Source of the DNA: Gracilinanus agilis
Lineage: Eukaryota
Length of the DNA stretch: 64,000 nt
Assembly (NCBI RefSeq): GCF_016433145.1
Contig: NC_058130.1
Span: 149,589,596-149,653,595 of the forward strand
Reading direction: 5' to 3'
Shown here in pieces: positions 49,904 to 61,980 of the stretch (position 1 is the stretch's first letter; every line of letters begins with the position of its first letter). The notes under the pieces were generated by a model that worked only from the letters and a program-made list of their open reading frames with translations, was not told the DNA's origin and ran no database searches. Both the position numbers and the translations under genes were made by a program.

Positions 49904-50120
49904 GTAAAGTTTTCAGTAATCATGCATATTATCTTTTAACTTCTAGAATTTGTTTTGCTTTTCCATTTATCATCCTATCATTCAAATTCATTTGCCATTC
50001 CGATGATCTTTGCAGTGCTGTGTCTAATTAAGTTCATGTGAGATGAATTAATCTCTGGGGAAAAAATCGCATCACCTCAGCAATCTATGACTTCTGTGCC
50101 TGTTATAGACCAGAAACAGT

Positions 50121-50486
50121 ATGAAACTGGCTTGTGCTGATACAGTATTCACATTAACTCCATTGCTACTCATTGTTGTCTCTTATACTTTAATCATCTC
50201 CAGTATCCTAAAGATCCACTCAGCTGAAGGGAGAAGTAAAGCTTTTTCTACCTGCTCAGCCCACCTGACTGTTGTGATTATATTCTATGGGACCATCCTG
50301 TTCATGTACATGAAACCCAAATCCAAACAATCACTTAATTCAGATAAATTACAAGCCACTGACAGACTTTTTTCCATGTTCTATGGAGTCATGACACCCA
50401 TGATGAATTCTTTAATCTATAGTCTGAAGAACAAGGATGTAAAAGAGGCAGTGAAACTGCTGGGCAGGAAAGTTTTTAGCAAATAA
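50121..50486 (+). pseudogene. 3' half-gene copy (TM5-TM7) of the OR13C-like gene with an in-frame 36-nt deletion
   Basis: 50121-50537 matches 52983-53435; the 121-aa ORF is open; NPLIY has become NSLIY; no OR sequence upstream. Confidence 0.9.
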
Positions 50487-50879
50487 GTGTAAAAGTCTTT
50501 GTCCTTTGTTCAAATGAGTGATAGAATGTATAGAAGATGCCCATTTTATCTCACACTAATGTCCAAATTGACTGAGAAGTCAAAATAATGCTGGCAGGGA
50601 TGTTGAGAAAGTACACATTCCTATGTGCTAATGTAATGGCAAATGGAGCACATAAAAATAATTTCTGAAATAATATTCATTTTTTATCCAATAATCCCAT
50701 TATTGAGATTATACCTTGACTACCACTATAACTTTAAAGACAGTCATTTCCTCAAAGTTAACAGTACTATTTAGAATCACAAAAAATTAGAAATCACGTA
50801 AATTAGCCAAACAGAAAATGACTGAATAAAAATGATGTATATGTATTCTTTGAAGTAGATGAAGCCTAAAATTTCATCA

Positions 50880-51110
50880 GTTAGCAATAGAGAATTGTAT
50901 GGCTACATGATGAAGTTAGAATGAGGGGTGCAAAGTCCTAGTGCTTCACTGTTATTTTCAAGATGTTGAGAGAAAGCATTAAGACCCCCAAGGAAGCAGT
51001 ACCAGGGTAAAGTTATGGGAGGATACAGAGAAGAGCATCACAAAAGGGCCAGGCCTGGACGAGTTGCAATCTATAGAACAGTGCTATTGGTGTTCATACA
51101 TTGAAGATGC
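50880..51110 (+). mobile_element. Old RTE-type LINE 3' fragment
   Basis: Decayed VLHxYxxDVxR and GQAWxxCxL-like reading, typical of RTE C-termini. Confidence 0.45.
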
Positions 51111-51229
51111 CCATTTGGATTTGAGTAATATCAATGAAATAAAGTCTTTGGTTGCAGAATGAAGCTGTTTTAGGTAATAGTTACTGCAAAAGACCATCTA
51201 GTAAGTTATAAAGACTATATATGGAGGGA

Positions 51230-51252
51230 ATATATATATATATATATATATA
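51230..51252. repeat. (TA)n microsatellite
   Basis: About 11 TA units. Confidence 0.95.
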
Positions 51253-51667
51253 CACTGAAAAAATCATGATGACTCTAACAGTCCATCAGTTAAAAGAATT
51301 TGATGTCTATGTCACATGATAGGATGTTTGGAATGATAAACTAAATTATTTAAAACAAAAATAGCAGAAGTGGAAATTATTTAGCTTTTGTGTGTCTCAG
51401 TTTCTTTATTTGTAAAATGAATTGCCTGGGCTAGATTATTTCTAAGGCTCCTTCCAGTTCTAATAATAAACCAGACAGGACATTTTTAATCACCTATGCT
51501 TTATTCACCTCCTTCCAGGCACTAAATTTTCAAGGAGAGACTAGGGAAGAAGATCATTACTTGGGACAGATGCTCCAGAGCAGAGGGTGGAGACAAGGAT
51601 CTGTCCCACCCTTTATTAAACAGCAAAAATTCATTTTACTGTTTTGGGGAAAGTTACTCATGTAATT

Positions 51668-52169
51668 TTAGTTCTGACCAGAAGAACCAAAACATCCTGA
51701 TCTACATTCAGTGTCATCTACTCCTTTAAACTTCCTAGAGTTTTGCATAAAAACAGGTTCACAAATCAGCTTTGCAACCCAGTCACCCTTTTTCATTTCA
51801 AACATTTCTTTGCCAGAATTAAATAGTGCTACACAAGAATTTCCTCTGTTATCTTGATCTATGACAATAGCTTCTATCTTTATGAAACATTTTGCAGCCA
51901 ACGCAGAGCATGAAAGAAACTCTATAATACTGAGGAGGAAGAGAAATCTGAATGTCTTGTTTTCATGAACCCTTTCTCCAGGGCTGGTGTTATCTTAGGC
52001 ACTGTCCAAGACATGGCCCTAAGCCCATGCCTACTCATTTGATGGGGCAGTGGCAAGCTTGGAGAGGTGGGAGAAGCGGAGGCCATTGGGGTTTCCTTAT
52101 GCTGTGTGTGCTAGCCTGGTTGCAGGGGGTAGAGGAAGGTGACAGTAGGGTAGCTTTGGAAGAGGGCAT
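51668..52169 (-). pseudogene. DUT: Processed pseudogene of cellular dUTPase (nuclear isoform), near full length
   Basis: Across frameshifts it reads MPSSKATLLSPS...LRFSHLSKLATAPS...DIQISLP...LAAKCFIKIEAIVIDQDNRGNSCVALFNSGKEMFEMKKGDWVAKLICEP...DDTECRSGCFGSSGQN*, colinear with mammalian DUT; no introns; in-frame stops; AATAAA at 51617-51612. Confidence 0.88.
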
Positions 52170-52430
52170 GATTGCAGAAAGATAGCAGAAGATGGCAGTT
52201 AAAGAGACCGATAAAAGCTTAAGGTCCAGTTCAATACTGACATGGTTATTCAGTTTTACATACAACTTTAAAAACTCCAAATATATGGTTAGTGATGAGG
52301 TCAACCACCATCTGCAGCACTGAAGCTCCCAGTTAGGTACATGATACACAAATGTGACTGAGCAGTAATATATTTGAATGTATAAAAGATAAAACATCTG
52401 CTCTGTGTTCTTTGAATTTTTACAGGTAAA

Positions 52431-53384
52431 ATGGAAAAGATAAATGAAACCTCTGTGACAGAATTCTTCCTAAAAGGACTTTCTGGCTATCCCAGGCTTG
52501 AGATTATTTTCTTTGTCCTGATCCTGGTAATGTATATGGTCATTCTTCTGGGCAATGGCATCCTCATTGTAATCAGCATCTTAGACCCCCACCTCCACAC
52601 TCCCATGTACTTCTTCCTCAGTAACCTCTCTTTCCTGGACATCTGCTACACATCTACCTCGATTCCTCCTACATTGGTGAGCTTCTTATCTCAAAGAAAA
52701 ACCATTTCTTTTTCTGGGTGTGCAGTGCAGATGTTCCTTGGCTTGGCAATGGGGACCACAGAATGTGTACTCCTGGCCATGATGGCCTTTGATCGCTATG
52801 TGGCCATCTGCAACCCCTTGAGGTACCCCATCATCATGAGCAAGATTGTTTATGTGCAGATGGCAGCTGGTTCCTGGGTAGCAGGAGGTGTCAACTCACT
52901 GGTGCAAACAATTCTCGTGGTCCAGTTGCCTTTCTGCAGGAATAATGTCATCAATCATTTCAGCTGTGAAATCCTCGCTGTCATGAAACTGGCTTGTGCT
53001 GATATCTCTGGCAATGAATTTATCATGTTAGTAGCCACAACAGTATTCACATTAACTCCATTGCTACTCATTGTTGTCTCTTATACTTTAATCATCTCCA
53101 GTATCCTAAAGATCCACTCAGCTGAAGGGAGAAGTAAAGCTTTTTCTACCTGCTCAGCCCACCTGACTGTTGTGATTATATTCTATGGGACCATCCTGTT
53201 CATGTACATGAAACCCAAATCCAAACAATCACTTAATTCAGATAAATTACAAGCCACAGACAAACTTATTTCCATGTTCTATGGAGTCATGACACCCATG
53301 ATGAATCCTTTAATCTATAGTCTGAGGAACAAGGATATAAAAGAGGCAGTGAAACTGCTGGGCAGGAAGGTTTTTAGCAAATAA
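52431..53384 (+). CDS. Olfactory receptor, OR13C (OR13C2/C9-like), 317 aa
   Basis: Intact ORF; [38 protein letters not shown] and [19 protein letters not shown] are OR13C-type; acceptor ttttacAG 5 nt before the ATG. Confidence 0.94.
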   Translation: MEKINETSVTEFFLKGLSGYPRLEIIFFVLILVMYMVILLGNGILIVISILDPHLHTPMYFFLSNLSFLDICYTSTSIPPTLVSFLSQRKTISFSGCAVQMFLGLAMGTTECVLLAMMAFDRYVAICNPLRYPIIMSKIVYVQMAAGSWVAGGVNSLVQTILVVQLPFCRNNVINHFSCEILAVMKLACADISGNEFIMLVATTVFTLTPLLLIVVSYTLIISSILKIHSAEGRSKAFSTCSAHLTVVIIFYGTILFMYMKPKSKQSLNSDKLQATDKLISMFYGVMTPMMNPLIYSLRNKDIKEAVKLLGRKVFSK

Positions 53385-56059
53385 GTATGAAAGTTTTTGT
53401 CCTTTGTTCGAATGAGTGATAGAATGTATAGAAGAGTAGCAGGAAAACCAGTTAAGATGCCTACTCAATGCATGAGTTCCATCAGTAAATCAGTCAGAAA
53501 ACATTATGCACCCACTATCTGCTAGGCCCTTGTTTTATACTGATAATATAAAGTCAAAAATAAAACATTCTCTGCATTCAAAGAGCTTCCATACTTTTGG
53601 GAGAGCTAGCATGTACACATAAATATATGTACCCTATATATACAAAATAAAATGTAAAACAGTTTTGGTGGGTGGCACAAGTATCTTGGAGAGAGAAAAA
53701 AACGAAAGACCCTATATGAGAGATGGCATTTGAGCCAAACTTTGGACCCCAAAATCTGATATAGTGGATAAGTGAATTATAGGCATATGGAGTTAGAAAA
53801 GAGAATAACACAAAGGCTAAGATGGTTGTTCTGTGTAGAGTGTGAGGTAGAATAATATTATAAGTATGGGAAAGAATATCACTTTGGCAGTTATGTGGAA
53901 AATTGCAAAGAATAAGTGAGAAACATTAGATGGGCCCTTCTTGGGACTAAATTCTCTGACTTTTCCTTGTTTTTTTTTTCTAATTCTGGTAATTGTGAAG
54001 TCCAATTAATCATACTATATGCAAGAAACTTTTTTAAATTGTATTGTCAATTTTCTCTCCCTACTGATAAAAAACTACCAAGCCTACTTAGAATTTCATG
54101 ACATCATGAAACCTTCTTGGGAACCACTGATATATTGTTGAAAGAGTCATTGATTTAGAGTTGGATGATCTGGACATTTTATCCCTGCCTCCTCATTTTT
54201 CTAGTTTTATATCTATGGGGAGGTCTTAACCTTTTTGAGCCTCAATTTCCTCATTTATAAAATGAATATGCAGTATGGTAATACAGTAAGACCTTTGGAT
54301 GGAACTTAGGGCAGGAAAGAGAATGAACAGAATGAATTTAGCATATGTCTGCAGATGGTAGCTTCTCTAATCAGTTAATAAGCATTCAACACATTTAACA
54401 ATATGTTAGACACTGTGCTAAGTGCTGTGAGTACAAAAAAGAAGGAAAAGGGGAGTCTGTGTCCTCAAGGAGCTTATAATGGGGAGACAACATGGAAACA
54501 AGTGTATATAAAGCAAGCTACATATGTTATCAATGAAGCACTAGAATTAAGGGAAACTTGAAAAGGCTTCGAAGAAACGATACATTTTTGTTTGGAATAT
54601 AAAGGAACCAGGGAAATCATGGATGGAGTTGAGGAGGCAGAACATTCCAGGCATATGGGAAAATGCCAGGAGGCAAGAGATTGAATATCTCAGTCATGGA
54701 ACATAAACGCAGTATGGAGCATAAAGCCAGTATATGTCAGGGAATAAGATGCAAAAAGACTGGAAATGTAGGAGGCATTATGAAGGATGTTGAATGTTAA
54801 ACTTCTTCCTTGGATGGTATTTCATTAAGGACTATACTACATTTCAAATTTAATTTGTGCAAAATTGGTATTCTTTTTATCAGGAAAATAGTGAGATTCT
54901 GATATTCAATGACAAAGGAGCTTGGGTAGAATATAAAATATTGGAAAAGGAAGGAATTTGATTCTTCTGCCCTCAAAATTATGCTAATATATATATTTAA
55001 ATATTTTCCATGTTTCCATATTTCATTTTCTTTCCCTCCTCTTTTCCCTCCCCCATCCAATAAGCACCTTTACTGGGTTATACAAATGTTATCATTTTAC
55101 CTATTTCCATATTATTCATTTTTGCAATAGAGTAATCTTTTAAAAACCAGCAGTTTTTGTGAAATAGTGGATTCGTGTCCCAAAAGATAGGAACTTTGGG
55201 TTTATTGTACATTATCTTGCTGAGGCCATTCACTCCAAGTCTATTTCACTGATCCACCCTTCTGTCTCTTAGCCAGTACCATACCATTTTGATGGCCACG
55301 GCTTTATAGTATAGTTTAATATCTGGTACTGCTAGACCACATTCCTTCACATTTTTTTTTCATTATTTCTCTTGATATTCTTGATCTTTTGTTATTCCAA
55401 ATGAACTTTTATAGTTTTTTCTAATTCAGTAAAAAAGTTTTTTGTTAGTTTGATGGGTATGGTGCTAAATAGGTAAATTAATTTGGGTAGAATGGTCATT
55501 TTTATTATGTTAGCTCATCCTACCCATGAGCAATCAATGTTTTTCCAATTGTTTAGATCTAGTTTTAATTGTTTGGAAAGTGTTTTGTGGTTGTTTTAAT
55601 ATAATTCCTGTGTTTGTTTTGGTAGATAGATTCCTAAGCATTTTATGTTGTCTAGGGTGATTTTAAATGGTGTTTCTCCTTCTAACTCTTATTGCTGTGA
55701 TGTGTTTTAATGATCACCACTTTATAGTGTAATTCTAGGCTTCTATCCTTCACATATTTCTATTAGTCCCCTTGATATTTTTGATCTTTTGTGCTTTCAG
55801 ATGAACATTATAATAATTTTTTCTAATTTTATAAAGAAAGTTTTTTTGATTGTTTGATAGATATGAACAAGTAAATTAGTTTAACCAGGATTGTCATTTT
55901 TATTATATTAGTACTTCCTACTCACAGATAATGTTTTTCCAATTATTTAGATCTAGTTTTATTTGCATGAAAATTGTTTTGTAGTTTTGTTCATATAATT
56001 CTTGAGTTTATCTTGACAGATAGATTTCAAAATATTTTATATTACCTAGAGTGGTTTTA

Positions 56060-56920
56060 TTTATTTTCCTTTCTTTTTTAAAAAAAAAATAGAACATTTT
56101 CCCATGGTTACATGATTCATGATTTCCTCCTCTCCCTTATTCACTCCCAGAGCTGACATGCAGTTCCACTTGGTTATACATGTAACATTGTTCAAAGTCT
56201 ATTTCCAAGCTATTCATATTTTTGGTAGAGTGATCTTTTAACATAAAACCGTAATCACATCCATATTGAGCTACATGGTTGATCACATGTTTTTCTTCTG
56301 CATTTCTGTTCCTACCACTCTTTCTCTGGATATGGATAGCATTCTTTTTTATAAGTTCCTCTGAATTTTCCTGGGTTATTGCATTGCTGCTAGTAGAAAA
56401 GTCCATTATATATGACTGTGTGATCAGTCCCTGTGTACAATGTTCTCCTGGTTTTGCTCCTTTGACTCTGCATCAATTCCTAGAGGTCATTCCAGTTCAC
56501 ATGGAATTCCTCCAGTTCATTATTCCTTTGAGCACAATAGTATTCCATCACCATCAGATGCAACAATTTACTCAGCCATTCCCTAATCAATGGATGTCCC
56601 CTCATTTTCCAATTTTTTGCCACCACAAAGATCATGGCTATAAATATTTTCATACAAGTTTTTTCCTTATTATTTCTTTGGGGCATAAACCCAACAGTGG
56701 TATGACTGGGTCAAAGGGTAGGCAGTCTTTTAAAGCCCTTTGCACATAGTTCCAAATTGCCTTTCAGAATGGTTGGACCAATTCACAACTACACTAGCAG
56801 TGTATTAATGTCCCAATTTTGCTACATCCCCTCCAATATTTATCACTTTTCTTTGCTGCTATATTGGCAAGTCTGCTAGGTGTGAGGTGGTACCTCAGAG
56901 ATGTCTTAATTTGCATTTCT
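56060..56920 (-). mobile_element. 5'-truncated L1 inserted into an older L1
   Basis: 15-bp TSD cctagagtg(g/a)tttta at 56045-56059 and 56921-56935; T-rich tail. Confidence 0.82.
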
Positions 56921-57370
56921 CCTAGAGTGATTTTAAATGGAGCCTCTCTTACTAACTCTTGCTGCTGATTTTTTATTGGAAATAAATAGAAATGCTGATG
57001 ATATATAGGTTTATCTTGTATCCTGAAAATTTGCTAAAATTATTAATTATTTCCACTACCATTTTAGTTCATTTTCTTGGGTTCTCTAGATATTTCATCA
57101 CATCATCTGTGAAAGTGATATAGTAGTTTCCTCACTACCTACTTTAATCCCTTCAATTTCTTTTTCTTCTCTAATTGCTACTGCTAGTGTTTCTAGTAGA
57201 ATATTAAATAATAGTGGTGATAATGGGCATTCTTGCTTCACTCCTGATCTTACTGGGAAGGCTCCTAACTTATCCCCATTGCAGATGATACTGGCTGATG
57301 GTTTTAAATCAATACTGTTTATTATTTTGAGGAAAGATCCTTCTATTTCTATACTTTCTGGTGTTTTTAA

Positions 57371-57553
57371 ATTTTTTTAAACCCTTAACTTCTGTGTATT
57401 AGCTCCTAGGTGGAAGAGTGGTAAGGGTGGGCAATGGGGGTCAAGTGACTTGCCCAGGGTCACAGAGCTGGGAAGTGTCTGAGGTCAGATTTGAACCTAG
57501 GACCTCCCATCTCTAGGCCTGGCTCTCAATCCACTGAGCTACCCAGCTGCCCC
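57371..57553 (-). mobile_element. Young SINE1-like element in L1
   Basis: Perfect 18-bp TSD actttctggtgtttttaa (57353-57370, 57554-57571). Confidence 0.92.
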
Positions 57554-59719
57554 ACTTTCTGGTGTTTTTAATAGGAATAGGTGTTGTATTTTTTCAAAGG
57601 CTTTTTTCTGTATCTATTGAGATAATCATGTGGTTTCTGTTAGTTTGGTTATTGATATGGTCAATTATGTGGATGGTTCTCCTAATGTTAAACCAGCCTT
57701 GCATTCCTGGTATAAATCCCACCTAGTCATAGTGAATAATCCTTGTAATGACTTGCTGTAGTCTCCTTGCTTAGTATTTTATTTAAGATTTTTGCATCTA
57801 TATTCATTAAGGAGATTGGTCTGTAGTTTTCTTTCTGTTTTTTGGTCTTTCTGTTTAGGGAGTCAGTACCATATTTGTGTCATAAAATGAATTTGGTAAG
57901 ACTCCTTTGCTTATTTTGTCAAATAGTTTGTGTAGTATTGAGATTAGTTGTTCTTTAAATGTTTGATAGAATTCATTTGTGAATCCCTCAGGCCCTAGGG
58001 ATTTTTTCTTGGGAAGTTCCTTGATGGTTTAGCACTCAATTTACCATGTCACTTGACTGCTTTGTATGTCAGTGTCATATCTTAACAAAATTGGAAACAA
58101 TTCACCAATTCTATACAAAGGTTTCATATTATTTATATCAACGGTATATATGCTTAGTTCCAAGGTAGAAAATAATGCATTGTTGATAAGTGTAGGTAAA
58201 TCAGAAATGATAATTTTACTTCTAAACATAAATTAGATGAAATTTAGGAGCTACTAAATCCTGAAGAGAGAAGTTGTAGAACATGTCAATGTGCCATATT
58301 TTTAAAAGCACTAATAACCAAACAACAGGCAAAAAAATAACATAGAAAACTTCTTGCTTAACCAAAAATGAAACAAAACAAAGAAAAGTTTATTGAAGGA
58401 AGACAGATAAAAGAAATACACCCAGCTATGTAGAGATTGTATTAAGAAAGATCCTTGTTTTAGGGAATGAAGAAGGCTTAAATGTCCCATTAAGAAGAAT
58501 GATTTGCTTCCCTTAGAATTAGTATTACATGAGGGTAATTAACACTTTTGGCTTTTTGTAGAATTTTTATAATCATCTAAGTCATATGAGTTTATTTACA
58601 AAGATGAGGGTGCAAACCATTTTCATTTCAAGGATATTTGAGAAGTATATGGCTTTTTACTTTTCATGAAATGAAGGACAATTTCCAAGAAGGAAAAGAT
58701 AAAAATTACAGACTCCTTTTTCTGTAAAACTGAAAATCTTTAGTTAATGAAAACTTAAGAAGTTATGTCCAAAAATGCAATAACACACATATTAAATTAT
58801 TTAGCTAATCAGATGGGCAATGTTAGATAATAAAACTAAACAGTATATAAATTATCATGGCTAAGATTAGACATGGAGAATAGCTGAGAATATACATCTC
58901 CCTCCTTTTTGACAGAAGTGGATCATTCTGGTTATAGAATATTGCATATAATATCAGAACCAATTCATATGCTGTTTACTTGTACCAAATTGTTCTCTTT
59001 TTAAAGTAAATTATCTGTTATAACAGATTGCTTAATGGGAGGGGAGCCATGTTCAGAAGTCAAAATGATGTAAAACTTAAAAAAAATCAATTAAAATGTA
59101 TAAAGTGTTAAAGGTTGGATTTGAACTAGATATTCTTGACTCCGAAAGCAATAATTTAAGCTTTTAACAAGAGTAAAGAAGCAGAAAGGTGCAGTGAGAA
59201 AAGCTCTGGATTGAGAGATAGGAAGGATATATTTGAACGCTAGTCATGGTGTTTTCAGGCTTGATAACCCAAAACAAGCTTTTCATTGGCATTTCCCATA
59301 CATAAAATTACCCAGCTCAGTTAGGGAAAGGTTTTGAAACCAGTTAGAGATAAAAATTAATATTGTTTCTGATTTCTACTATTTTAAATTTATAATGTGC
59401 TTATTTATTCTGGACTGACTGATTTTTAATATCTGTCTAAAAATGCTCTGTCCCAGTCTAAATTGGCTTAGAGGTGTGATTAAAGGGGAGTGTTGACTTT
59501 GAACTAACTTCCCCTCTTTCCCTCACACATTTGTTACTAATCCATTTAACCTGGGACCCCTGTTTTGCTTAGCTATTAAGGAAGAATCTCCTTCAGCTGG
59601 GCTTCTCCCCAAAGGACAGTTCTTTTATTCTTGCTTTTTCTAGTCAAAAATAGGGGCGATTTGGTCTCCCCAAAGGGAAGGCTAACCTGAGCAATCCTGA
59701 TTAACATCTCTTAATCACC

Positions 59720-59950
59720 AGAGGCACAGTGGAATGAGTGCTGCACTTGCAGACAGAAAGACTCATCTTAAATTCTAATTTGGCCTCAGAAACTTTTAGC
59801 TATGTGACCTTGAGTGAGCACCTGCAACTATTTGCCTCAGTTCCTCATCTGTAAAATGAGCTGGAGAAGAAAATGGCAAACCACTCCAGTGTCTTTGTCA
59901 AGAAAACTTCAAATGAGGTCAGGAAGAGTTAGAAATGAGTGAACAACATT
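59720..59950 (+). mobile_element. Mar1-type CORE-SINE
   Basis: ctgtaaaatgagctggagaagaaaatggcaaaccactccagtgtctttgtcaagaaaac tail. Confidence 0.75.
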
Positions 59951-60809
59951 GAAGAGAAGGGCATTATCAGCCATATTTGAGGGCCAATCCTCTTTCCCAG
60001 TCACATCTGATCATGAGATTTACCAACTCTCCATACCCACCCCTTCCTATTGGCTTTCATGGTCTTTTCCATCCTATTGGAGTCCCTCATTTTATTGAGC
60101 TGACCAGAGTGATACACCTTCTTAACAGCTATGCTTTTCACTTTTTATAAACTATTATTTTACCCAGAAAACTTGCCTCAATCACCTTAATTGTAATCAC
60201 CACAAACATATTAAGTGTCATGTGTACTTAATATATTGCTATTATCCTGCAATTCAGCAGTGACTTCAAAGATCATTCTTTTTTTTGTGGAACAATTTAA
60301 ATGAAAACCAGAACATAGCACTTTAAGAGTGGGAAAGGAACTGGAGGAAATGGAAATGAGTCTTAGGTGATATATTTGTGGGATTTATTAGCAATAGAAA
60401 TCAGGAAATTTTGAACCCAGATAAATTGGTCAACAGGGTCAGGCATGAATTCTTTTGCTTTAAATATTGATCACACTTGTCTATACTTGAAAAAAATGAC
60501 AGGAATTTCTGAAGAGAAGAGATTGTGTTCATAAGAAAAGGAGATGGGAGGGAATAGGAAAAAGTGAAATACAGAGAAGAGGTAGAAGCAAAGAAATATC
60601 TCCTTCTTTGAGATTAAAGGAGAAAGATGTGAATATAATGATCTGTTGACATGAGATCAAAGGAATAAGTTCCAGTTGGAGGGTCACAACACTTATCAAA
60701 CAAACCAGGGGACTCAACAATGACTCTTTTTTGCTTGTTACTCAAAATTAATTTATAACTTTAATACAGAGGACTGAGAAGTATATCAAAGGTGAAAGAA
60801 TCTTCAAAG

Positions 60810-61670
60810 TGTAAGGGTTAAAATTGTTAAAAGGATTTTGACAAAATAATAGAGCAGCTTTTAATAATTTATGTTTTTATGGAACTATAGTAGTTGTAAA
60901 TTAATATTTTCCCTTTAAGTAAGAGAAAAGAAAACTTCTAGCAGCTTTTAACAATTAGCACTTTAGTTTAATTAAAATAGAGATGGTAAAAGAATATATT
61001 AAAGAAGGGAAAGGCAGAAAAGAGGAAAAAAGAGATCTTATACTGTAAAAATATACCTAAATTTCCTATACTAATCTTATACCTTAAAATTTACCTAAAT
61101 TTCCTAATAGTACATAAAATTCCTAATAACTACCTCTAACTGTCTTCTGAAGATAGCTTCTTCTTGCCTGGAAAACACCAGGCTTATCCAAACTACACTA
61201 TCTATAAATGATTCACTAACTACCTAACTCCCTAAAATAATAGACAGCTACCACTCACTCACTCATTCTTTCAACCAGTTTTCTATAGCAGCCCAAACTG
61301 TCAGTAGCCAACTCATGGCAGGTCCTTGCCTCAGAGATGGACCTCCTGCTCTCTAGAGATCACAGAGGCAAAAAACCCTTTAGAGACTAAAGCCAAAAGC
61401 CCTCTCAGTAAGTTCAGGCCCACCTTTGTATTCCAGCAACTATATGCCAACCACACCACCAGCAACCAACCCCCAATGACCAATCACAGCAAGCAACCAA
61501 CTTCCCCATAACTACATCAGCCCTAACTGTCTAGAACTCACTCTCTGTCAGCAACTAAAAGCCTGCAACTGATGCTCACCCAGCAGGGGACTCCCCAGTC
61601 CTATGTCCTGTCACTGTGGGAGCATTAATCCCTACACATCTCTACGGTAAGAGGACCTCCAGGTACCCCA
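60810..61670. mobile_element. Probable LTR
   Basis: Starts TGTAAGGGTTAAAATTG with LTR-like composition; right end and TSD not resolved. Confidence 0.5.
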
Positions 61671-61744
61671 TTAAATTAAAAAAGGAATCAAGAATTCCTT
61701 CTGACAAAAGCCAGAAAGAAGAGATGTTGTGGAAGCAGTTAAAA

Positions 61745-61980
61745 TGAGGAATAATAAACTGGAGCAATTCCATGTGAACTGGAAAGACCTCCAGGAACTG
61801 ATGCAGAGCGAAAGAAGCAGAGCCAGAAGAACATTATACACAGAGACTGATATACTGTGGTAAAATCGAATGTAATGGACTTCTGTACTAGCAGCAATGC
61901 AATGACACAGGACAGTTCTGAGGAACTTATGGTAAAGAACACCACCCACATTAAGAAGAAGAACTGCAGGAGAGGAAACT
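61745..61980 (+). mobile_element. L1 3' fragment
   Basis: Close match to 20800-21040. Confidence 0.8.

Larger units (their letters stand above)
54990..58030 (-). mobile_element. Stack of antisense L1 fragments
   Basis: L1 3'UTR and two overlapping ORF2 pieces, with younger insertions inside. Confidence 0.85.

Noticed and set aside
51668-51901. dUTPase ORF as an endogenous viral gene or functional retrogene
   Set aside because: Matches cellular DUT termini, has no gag/pol context, and upstream stops, frameshifts and altered motifs indicate a pseudogene
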